A DNA stretch of 64,000 nucleotides. Origin: the human T2T-CHM13v2.0 reference genome, Homo sapiens. This document shows, in pieces, positions 24,090 to 64,000 of this stretch. Location: the NCBI RefSeq assembly GCF_009914755.1, contig NC_060944.1. One strand, written 5' to 3'. Numbering within the stretch: the first letter of the stretch is position 1; each line of letters begins with the position of its first letter. The notes below the pieces were generated by a model. It searched no databases. It saw only the letters and a list, made by a program, of their open reading frames with translations, and was not told the origin of the DNA. Made by a program: the position numbers and the translations under genes.

Positions 24090-24490
24090 TAGGAGCCTGC
24101 TCTGTCCAAACGTCTGTGCTGGGAAGATCGCAGACTCTGCTCTGAGGAGAGAAGACAAGCCCTGCCTCCCTTAGTTCAAGAGGAAGTGGCTGCGATGGAG
24201 TGAAGCAGTAACCTGCTTCTGGATTGTGAAACAGAAATCAGGAACAGCAAGCAGCTACAATGCAAGCAGTTATGCATGCCCCATTTCAGGAGAATCAGAC
24301 AGGCTTAGCAGAAATAATGCTTCCTTCCCACCTGAGGTCTTAACTCCTTCCATGACTCCTAACCCCATCTTTATGTCTTCTTGGTGATTTGCCATTTGGT
24401 GCTCTTAAGCCAGGAAGGACCTGTGGTTATGAAATGTTTCCTAAACTTTCCATCTCAAGACCTCAGGATGTGGTTGGCTTGTGGTCTCAT
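24090..24490 (-). promoter_or_regulatory. SIRPB1 proximal promoter (no TATA or CpG island seen): PU.1/ETS site, C/EBP-like sites, RUNX sites
   Basis: AAGAGGAAGTG 24178-24188; ATTGTGAAAC 24223-24232; TGTGGT at 24422 abutting TTATGAAAT; further TGTGGT near 24469 and 24480. Confidence 0.6.
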
Positions 24491-26577
24491 TCTACAACAG
24501 CCTCAACCAAGTGCTACTCAGTTGGGGCAGGATGAGGGATCACTGGACCTGCTCAGTGTTGGAGAGGAACAGGTCTGCTCTTGAAATGGTTCCCTATTCC
24601 GAACTTTTATAAATATAAATGGCAAAACTTAGCCCAAATTCAGTCTCATGTGGCCGTTAGCACTTTCATATGCCTGCACCCAGCAGAAGGAATTATTTCC
24701 TGACTTCTTCCAGGAGAGGAAGTGGGCTTAGGGTAATAAGGATCTGCTTTGTGAGGTGAGGTGGGGATTATGGGTTATGGAAAGGGGATATGTTTATTAT
24801 GGGGGAGAATATGGAGGGCAGATTCCTGGAGCAGTCACATCGATTTCAATACTCTTTGCTCTGCACATAGAACACCTATTCCATTCATCACTGTCTTCAG
24901 ATGGGAACTGAGGAGGGAGGGAGAATAAATACCCTAAGAAGATGTGCTAAGGAGTTGGGGAAGTTACTGGGCCTGCCTAGGTTCAGTTTTGCCTTCTAAC
25001 CTTGGGATAATAAGTCTCACTGCCATGTTTTAGTGAACATCAAAAGAGATAATGACTATACATCCCTGAGATTCAGTAGGTTATTATTGATACTCATGGT
25101 GCCAGGTGAAGAGAGGGAACTCAAATATTGCTTTTAAATGGATTTCTACTGCATGCTGAGTTTCCCACCAGTGGCCTTCTCCCATGTTCCCCGGACTTCT
25201 GGAACCCAGCTTTTATGGTGTACTTGGTCTACCTCTGACACTCTGAGATCAATTTCTCCCTCTGGATCCTCTTCACCCTGCTTTTTGTCAATCTGTAGAT
25301 GAATTCCTTTTCTTACAATCTCCAGCTGTGTGACTTTCAACAAGACACTTGACTTCTCTAAGCCTTAACTTAATTACATGTAAATGGAAGTTATAACATG
25401 CACCTTGTAGTGATATGGTAAGAGTAATATAAGCCATACAGAAGGTTTGATTCATATTTAATTATAACCAAAAAATTGTGGCTATAATTACATTTGTGTA
25501 CAGGGTGAGTTCACTGCTTCCCTGACATACTTGTGCTTTAGAAAAATTTCCTTGGTAGGAGAAATGGTTTCTCCTCCATCATCTGTGACTAAGAAAGACC
25601 TGTCTGGAAACCTCTCTTTCCCATGCTGGGCTTGCAATCCTTCACCTATCATGAGTAATTGTCAAATGAAATTGTAAAAGTCATCACATTTCCATGCAAA
25701 TTTCTTTTTCAATGTGGCAGATGCACAGAGGGTGAAATCATCACCTCCTGCTCCACACTCACAGAAATGAATATAAAAATGATAAAATCATGTTAATCGA
25801 TGCCAAATTACACTTTAAAACAAGAAACTAGTCTCTATATGACATGAAGGGTAGTAGCTGCTGTGTTTACTGCAGATGTCCTGTGCTCCAGGTACTGTGC
25901 CAAGCATTTTGTCAGTTACCTCATTAATTCATCACTCTGGTCCCATGAAATTAGCACTACCATTAACCTTTTTTTATAGGTGAGGAAACTTGAGGCACGC
26001 AGGCAATAATACATTTGTTCAACATCACCCAGCTTTTAGAACTAGAACACAGGTTGTCACACTCCATGGCCTTCACTATGACACCTCTCATAAGAAGGGA
26101 GAGATATCTCTCAGGAAGGAAGCAGAGAAGAAGCCATAACGTCAATTAGGCGCAGCCTCCACAGCAAGGTTGGGATAGGTGCCATGTTCCACAAAGTGCT
26201 GACAGCCCATGATCACTCAGGGCATTATTCCTGTAAAGATTACAGTGAAAGCAGTAATCACTAAAGATTTGGGGAAAAGCGACATCATAATAAATTCAAA
26301 AACAATAACTAAAAAACAAAAACAGCAATGAAAATAACATCTTAGAAAATAATACCTCAGAAAATAAAAATATAAAATGTGAAAATATTTTTAACATTAA
26401 CATATTTAGTAACCTTATAGAGATAATGAAAAGAAAGTAAATCCATAAAACAAAGTCACGTGTGAAACAAGAATAGGTAGGTGTGCAGTAACAACAGGTA
26501 TCTGAGAAAAGTAATAAAAAGAAGAATTTTGAAAAAATATAATTAGTGCTAAATTGTTTAAAAAACAAATAGGTGGA

Positions 26578-29310
<2,733 letters not shown>

Positions 29311-29979
29311 ATTGAGTAGCTGACTGTACATAAGTGAGTAGTAAGTTAGTGAGCTGGCTCTTCATGCAGGGACAATCTCCTAGAACCCAGCACCAAGAGA
29401 CACACCCAAACAAATTAATGACAATAGGTATAAATATAGCAATGGTAAAAGCTGTAACACAAAATAGTTTGAAAATGTTGCAATAGAAATACTATCTTAA
29501 GAAGCATAGTTTAAGGTAAAAAGCACAAATGGTTGAAAGAGAAATGTTTCCTTTTATGAAAGTAACAACTAACCTGAAAGATGAGTCACAAAATATTATG
29601 CCTCCAAAAATTATGATTTGAAATATATGACTCAAATATTGATAGAATAATTTCCATGCTCTGGCAGAATCTCTACTTAAAGCAGCAAGATGACTTCCTG
29701 TGAACTCCAATCCTTCAATGAAGATCTATTAGATGCATAGATACAATTTGAGTGAAAAATTTTGTGGAAATCATGTGGAGAATTGAGTTTCAAATTTAGG
29801 TTGACTTTGTGCAGTACAGATACAGCCTGGATGTCTGAGAAAACCAGGAGCCTGGGGAACCATGAGCTAAAATTCTCTTTCTGCCAAGTTTAGCCCTGCA
29901 CTCATGACAGAAGGTGCAGATAATGAGATAAGGCTGTGGGACAAGTGAGGAGTCAGTGGATGTTTGAGGAGAGCAAAGA

Positions 29980-30200
29980 TTAAGTTTGTGGGCTTAGGAA
30001 TCAGAACTTCTAGATTTGAATTTAGTTCTATCAGTTCTAGCTGTGTGACCCAGGGGAGTCTGTTTAACATCTCTGTTTCTTGAGTTCTCTCAAATATAAA
30101 ATGGAAGTAATCGTATCAACTTCAGAGGTTTGTTATGGTCATAAAATGGATTAATATATGTAAATTCCTTAATAATTGCTGATTGTGCTCCAAAAGTTAG
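29980..30200 (+). mobile_element. MIR
   Basis: ctagctgtgtgacccagggg...tttaacatctctg...aaatataaaatgg core. Confidence 0.55.
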
Positions 30201-31099
30201 ATGTTATTGTTATTAGGTGGTGTTTTGGCAATAGTAATACCTTTAAAAAACAGACTCTCTGTCCTCGAGGATTTACGATGCAGTGCGACAACCCTGGCCA
30301 ATGGCTGGGGGATGTGCAGATACCACCACATGATGAGTGTGGGTCACGTGTCTAGCCCTATAATCACGAAGTCATTACTAGCACCTGGGTCATGGTACAA
30401 GCATGACCTCGGGAAATCACTGTGACTAAAGAAAGGCAAATCCCGGTAAGAGTCTGCACAGATGCTCACGGAAAGTGTACTCCAAATCTTGTCTCCTGCT
30501 GGGATGGGAGAGAAGAAAATGTTCCCAAATGGAAATCCATAGATACGGGTGAGATGGGCTGAGAGGGTGAGGAGACTTACATATAAATACACCTGTGTAG
30601 AACAGGCTGCTCTCACCTGTGAGTCCCAATAGCATAAAGAGGCAAGGGTTGTCCAGGTGGGCTGGAAGACAGGTATGGTCATTGCCTGCTCTGTTGAAAG
30701 TTTATCACGGAGAGACCCCAGCCTCTGAGCTCTGCAGGGAAGGAGAAGCCCCACCTGCCATGATATCTGAGGAGGGAATTTGCTGTGGAAGGAAAAGGCC
30801 ACGAGACTGGCATGGTCTCATAGTAAAAGAGGAAGCAGGCAGAGTTGCCACCCCTGGGAAGTTGCTGATATCCACCTTGGGGTTCCCACGCCTGGGAGCC
30901 TTGGACAGTAGTGGAGACAGTTTGACTGCTCTGGGCCTGCTCTCTGTCCCAGGGGCACTCACTTCATGCCAGGGTTCCCTTGGCCCTTCCTCAGTTGACA
31001 GCCCTGATCCACAGGGCCCTGTAGCTAAGGACTGAGTTTGGATTTTCAGAGACTGTAATTCTGGGTGTGGAAAGTTTGAGGTCTTGTTACTGTAGCAGC

Positions 31100-31780
31100 C
31101 TTTAAGGATGGAACCAAAACTCCTGGATGTCCCCTGCAAAAAGTCCCTAGGGCCAACATCAAGTAACAAGCTGAGCAAATAAGAAATGGCAACTCTTCTC
31201 AGGTCTGTCAGAGAAATGAGGTCACAGAGCAGACCATTGTCTCCAAAACTGGAAGTTAGACAAAATGATATAGAGAATTACAACTTCCTGAAGCCAAAAC
31301 CTCCATGGGAACCAGTGCCAGGGTAGGAAAACCTGCACTGTAATTGAAGAATTGCTAGAGGCTTGGTGTGGGCCAGTCTGAGGAACAGATTCCAGCAGGA
31401 CCCAATCGCAGGGAACTCCAACACTGTTGTGAGATTTACCTCCAGGAGCTTGATTAGGTGCTCAGAGTGAATATGAGAGAAACATTCACTTGTGCTTCCT
31501 GGGGGGTGTGGAGGGGAAAGCGAATCATTCTGAACTACACCAGAGCATTCTTTCTTCTTACCAAGCCCAGCTCTCAGGAGAAACTATTTTACCAGTGCCT
31601 AATCTGCTGGGCTTTGATCAGAGCCTAACCTACCTGGGGAAGGCAAGCACCCAACTCCAGCCCCCTCTGGCCATCCTGTCCCACCATAGGGGAAAAAACT
31701 GAGAGGCACTTGTGAAGTCCACAGGCCAGGGGCACAGGCTCACATAAGACTGCAACCTCATGTAACTGGTGATGAGCCCA
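31100..31780 (+). mobile_element. Old L1M 5'-region remnant
   Basis: gtcagagaaatgaggtcacag...aaaactgga and related L1M 5'UTR-like motifs. Confidence 0.4.
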
Positions 31781-31789
31781 TGTGACATT

Positions 31790-32513
31790 TTTGGGAAACA
31801 AATAATTGAAAGAGAGATTGGACAACCACAGTGAAAATGCAGTGAATAAATGAGCAGTGAAAATGCTGGAGATAAAGTTCAAATTGTATGTCAGTGGAGT
31901 TATAGAAGCATGAATAGCTGGTGAGGCAACGTAGACCCTGGTAGTGTTTGAAAAACTTCAGATAGGCAGCCCGCAGGACTTAGAGAAGGTGAATTTAACA
32001 GATACGGGATGGGGTACTGACAAATAGGGCGAAGGTGTCCCTGAGGATGTGACAACAGCAAAAATCTTCACGTGAAAGGAACTTTTGCAGAGATTTCACG
32101 ACACTGAAAGTGCAAATGATAAGGTGCTGGAAACAAATCCAAACTTAGAGAGGAAGGTGATAAAACACCCAGATAGAAAGGATGTTTGCTCCATATCCGA
32201 AGTGTACAAGAAGGAGGTAAGCACTCTTCCAACTACTCTTGAAACATTTTTACAAAGAAATAAAATACTGAAACACTTGATGTTTCCAATGTTTTGAATT
32301 ACAGGGTACTAATAAATATTCATTTATTATTTTTTATTGCCTTCTACATTTGTAACTGACACTATGAGAGTTTCCTATATTTTGACAAAAAATTGTAAAG
32401 GTCACAATATGATCATTGTTTTTCTGATTGGATGTGGAGATTGCTTTCCTGGGTTTCCGGCTGCACAGTCATTCTTGCAATCTTGCACTGCTGTGAAAAG
32501 CGAGGGCTGCCTG
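31790..32513 (+). mobile_element. Tigger-type remnant, paralogue of 1-1462
   Basis: Frame QRFHDTESANDKVLETNPNLER; terminus GCGAGGGCTGCCTG+TA; carries the empty sites for the Alu and MST of the SIRPB1 copy (32175-32193). Confidence 0.6.
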
Positions 32514-33282
32514 TATTCGTTATAATGCTTATGGTAATAAATGCTAAATAAAAATTAATCAAGATAAGAGAAATTAGAATGCCAGGGTAGACAGGAGAAT
32601 TGATATTATGTACAGGGTGGTTTGCCAAAGGTGCCTTTAATAAAGTGACATTGAGCAGAGGCTTGAAGGAGGGATGAAGGGAGCCATGCAGCTGTGTTGG
32701 GGAAGAAGCAGAGGAGTGATACAATTTGACTTTTCCAAAAATCACTGTAGCTGAAAAATGAAAGCCAACAGAGGCTACAGAAGTGTTCCCGGAAGAGATG
32801 ATGCTGGCCGGGACAGGGAGGGGTGATGGAGGTGAGAAGTGTGCAGGTTAGGGATGTAACTCAGTGCTCTCCTGCAGCAGGCTTGGACTGGCCCCTGAAA
32901 GCCAACCGTTAAGTTTCAGGAATTTTGCAATCCAGTTGTTAAACTTCTGGTAGCTTGAAACTGGCCATGTTGGGGGTGATTATACCACAGAAATTGTCAA
33001 GTACAACAAATCAGCTTTTTTTTTCCTTTAAGAGAGTCCATTTTTAAACACTTACCATCTCACGAGTGGACATAAGTATTTTGAAGGCAGAATTGAATAT
33101 GGGGTGTAAAGAGACATCAGGGAGGATTCGGGAGTCAAGGAGGCTTTTGGACTGCGGCAGCATTTCCGCCATGAGCAGCAGGGCGGGGAAGCCTGCAGGA
33201 TGCTAGAACTAGTGTTCCCATCACAGAGAGAGCAGGGAGAGCTTCTTTGTTTCTGAGTGTGAGGAGTAGGACCCTTAGACAA

Positions 33283-33770
33283 AGAGGAAGGATAATCTTT
33301 TTATTTTCTTAAAACCACTTTGGGAGTGCATTTGTATTCAAGAGGCAATAGAGAACCTCAACAAGGCTGGGGAGTTGGGATAGGCAGGAATCTGGAAGGC
33401 AGGATAACTCTTGAGAACCTGGAGAGCGTCTGTGGTTTACGGTCAGTCTCAAGGCGATGGATGGGAGTCCTGGTGTGTTTAGATTTGGCATGTTTCTCGC
33501 CTTCTAGGGAGGTGCCGTTAAGTCAGTGCCCAGAGCCCAATCCCATGGCACCTGCTCAGGACCATGAATGAAGACCTTGCTCTGGGGCATCCAGGTCTGT
33601 GTGAAGGAGCAACAGGAGCCTGTGGGCAGGCAGATGTCTTGGGAGGGGAGATGTTTGGAGCCAAGTCTAGAGAAGCTTCTCACTGGCTCATTCTCTCAAG
33701 CTGAGCCTCTCAGGAAAGGAAGGAGGCAGCAGAGATGAGGGTCCCACGTGGCAGGGGAGGAAGGAAGGAG
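33283..33770 (-). other. SIRPG: SIRPG non-coding terminal exon (3' UTR); 3' end approximate
   Basis: Acceptor ttttcctacag at 33771-33772; AATAAA at 33305-33300. Confidence 0.75.
33300..33305 (-). terminator. SIRPG poly(A) signal AATAAA
   Basis: tttatt on the + strand, ~470 nt into the last exon. Confidence 0.75.
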
Positions 33771-34357
33771 CTGTAGGAAAACACATCCACACTTAGTCAT
33801 CTGCTCATCTTTCAAGACATGTTTCCTGAGAGTCTGTTATGTTCTCGGGGCTGGTCTCCTGGGATACCTGTCACTGGTGGACAGGCAGTCCTGATAGAAC
33901 TCTGCCTGCTCAGCCATCCTGCCAAGTCCTGATGCCCTTTCCAATATTCCTTCCACTCAGACACACAGAGGGTCAGAGCACAAACAGCCTTCAGGGCTTC
34001 CCATTTGGGTTTCTCAACATTAGTTTACAATGTGGATTTCTCTGACCCCATGGAGTCCCAGCATTCAAATAATCTACAGATAGCCTGCAAGGGACCACCC
34101 ACTCATCACTGCCTCCATGAAACTCCTAGGGCACTGTGGACATCTTTGAACACATTTCAAGCATCCCACATTGTACACCACCCACATAATTTCTGTGGGT
34201 TGGGAGCCTTTTAAAGGGTTCCCCAAGACTTCCGAGGGTGCGGAGGGAGCTTAACTCCACGGACCCTGGTGCTGCATGGCATGTGGGCTGGGCCTTCCTG
34301 TTGGCCTTGCCCTTCTGAGACAGCCCTTGGTCTGTCCTCCCTTCCTTGTACTTACAG

Positions 34358-61851
<27,494 letters not shown>

Positions 61852-61859
61852 TTTGGAGA

Positions 61860-62270
61860 CCTCAGAAGCCTGCTCTGTTCAAACGTCTGTTCTGGGGAGA
61901 TGTCAGGCCCTGCTCTGAAGACAGAAGACAAGCCCTGCCTCCCTCAATTCAAGAGGAAGTGGCTATGATGGAATGCAACAGTAACCTGCTTCTAGATTGT
62001 GACTTACAAATCAGGCACAGTAGGCAGCTACAAAGCAAGGAGTTAATCGTGCTCCATTTTCAGGATAATCAGACAGGGTTAGCAGAAATAATGCTTCCTG
62101 CCTGCCTGGGACCTGTGCTCCCTCCTCGTGTCCCCAAACCCATTTTCAGGTCTTCTTGGTGATTTGCCATTTGAGGCTTTTAAGTCAAGAAAGATCTGTT
62201 GTTAGGTATTGTTTTCTAAAGTCTTTATTTCAAGACCCTAGGATGTGGTTGGCTTGTGGTCTTGTTCTGC
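61860..62270 (-). promoter_or_regulatory. SIRPG proximal promoter with conserved ETS/PU.1 site and RUNX sites
   Basis: AAGAGGAAGTG 61951-61961; TGTGGT near 62244 and 62255; homologous to the SIRPB1 promoter. Confidence 0.55.
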
Positions 62271-64000
62271 ACCAGCCTCAACCAAATGCCACTCCGCTGG
62301 ACGTAGGAGAAGAGTTCACAGGACCTGCTCAACACTGGAGAGGAACCAGATCTTCTCCTGAAATGATTTTCTATTCCAAATTGCTATAATTGGCAACACT
62401 TAGCCCAAATTCAGTCTCTTGTGGACCTTAGCACTTTCATGTGCCTGCACCCAGCAGAAGGAATTATTTCTTGACTCCTTCCAGGAGAGAAACTGGGTTT
62501 GAGGTAATAAGCAACTGCTTTGTGGAGTGAGGTGGGGATTGTGGGTTATGGAAAGGGGATAGGGTTATCATGAGGGAAGATTATGGTGGGCAGGTTCCTG
62601 GGGCCGTCGCATCAATTTCAATACCCTTTCTTCTACACACAGAGCACCTATTTCATTCATCACTGAGTTCGGATGGGAAATGAGGAAAGAGGAAAAATCC
62701 ATGCTCCTGCCAAGAGTGTGTGCCAAGGAGTTGGGGAAGTCGCTGGGCCCTCCTATGCTCAGTTTCAATCTCCTAAACTGGGAATAGTAAGTCTTTTTGT
62801 GCAGTGTTTTAGTGACGATTAAAGAGGTAATGAGCATATCATGCCTGAAACCCAGTAGGTCATTATTGATACTCACGGTGCCAGGTGAAGTGCGGGAACT
62901 CAAATGTTGCTTTTGAATGGATCCCTCCTGCATGCTGAGTTGCCCACCAGTGGCTTTCTCCCAGCAACCCAGGCCTCCTGAGACCCAGCTTATATAGTGT
63001 ATTTGGACTCTCGCTGCCACCCTGAAATCAGTTTCTCCCTCTGGATTCTCTAAATCCCGCTCCTTGTTCAACCATAGATTAATTCCTCCTCTTACAATTT
63101 CCAGCTGTGTGATTTTCAAAAAGACACTACTTCTCTGAGCCTTGGTTTGATTGTATGTAAATAAATGTTAGAATATGCACCTTGTAGAGCTATGGTAGGA
63201 ATAATATAAGCCATACTGAATGCTTGACTCATAATTAATTATAAGCAAAAAAACATGGCTATAATTATTTTCTGTGTACAGGAAGAGTCCACTGGTTCTC
63301 TGCCACCGTTGTGCCTTAGAAAAGCCACCTTGTTAAAAGAAATGATTTCTCTTCCAGCATCTATGACTAAGAAAGACCTGTCCAGAATCCTTCATCTCAC
63401 ATGTGGGTTTTAGGTTCTTAATCTGTCATGAATAATTGTCAAATCAAATTGTAAATGTTATCATGTTTTAATTGAAAGTCCTGTTTTAATGTGGCAGATG
63501 TACACAGGGTGAAATCTTCCCCTCCTTCTCCACACCCACAGTAGTGAAAACACAAAATGAAAAGAATATATGAATCAATGTCTAATTACACTTGAATACA
63601 AGCAATTGGCTTCTATATGACATGAAGGAATTATAACAGCTATCATTTATTGAGAGTTTCCTGTGCTCCAGATATGGTGCCAAGCATTTTTCTATTGGTA
63701 ATGTCATTAAATCATTGCTCTGACCCCATGAGGTAAGCTCAACCATTAACCTCCTTTCACAGGTGAGAAAACCCGAGGCACATGGAGAGTAATGAATTTG
63801 CTCAAGATCACCCGGCTTTTAGAACTGGAACATAGGCTGCCACACTCCACAGCCTTCACTTTTAATGGTTGTACTATGATACCTCTTGCAGGAAGGGAGA
63901 GACATCCCTCAGGAAGAAAGCAGAGAAGAAGCTATAGCCTCAATTAGGAGCAGCCCTCATAGTGAGGCTGGGGCAGGTGCCATGCTCCACGAGGCCCTGA

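Noticed and set aside
30344-31178. Overlapping 138-157 aa ORFs in the intergenic region
   Set aside because: No recognisable domain or splice context; consistent with chance ORFs.
33773-34355. Recalled T1D-associated intronic SIRPG SNP in the last intron
   Set aside because: I cannot place the base or the allele from sequence alone.
62568-63119. 183-aa ORF upstream of SIRPG
   Set aside because: No homology recognised, and the frame is broken in the paralogous SIRPB1 flank (only 65 aa at 25146-25343).

Overview
Primate (almost certainly human) genomic DNA from the SIRP paired-receptor cluster (chr20p13 in human, from recall). Two complete minus-strand Ig-superfamily genes lie head-to-tail. 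SIRPB1 has 5 coding exons (24078->3339; 1197 nt, 398 aa) and a transmembrane Lys for DAP12 pairing. SIRPG has 5 coding exons (61851->34358; 1164 nt, 387 aa) and no transmembrane Lys. Each has a non-coding last exon, and all coding-exon splice sites are GT-AG, phase 1. The genes sit in two paralogous blocks (~1-26200 and ~31790-64000) that share old repeats and differ in younger ones (AluS/Y, MST, full-length L1PA, MER85). Notable points: (i) SIRPB1 intron 1 is only ~8.1 kb and lacks the second exon cassette I recall from GRCh38, so this looks like the deletion haplotype of the SIRPB1 CNV; (ii) a microhomology-flanked 30-nt deletion removed the DAP12-pairing Lys from SIRPG; (iii) SIRPB1 introns hold three short direct-repeat copies of other intronic segments that are absent from SIRPG; (iv) the paralogues differ in promoter motifs, poly(A) signal and insertions. 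I found no new protein-coding system; the novel content is structural and evolutionary. Repeat subfamily names are from recalled consensus sequences, not a database search.
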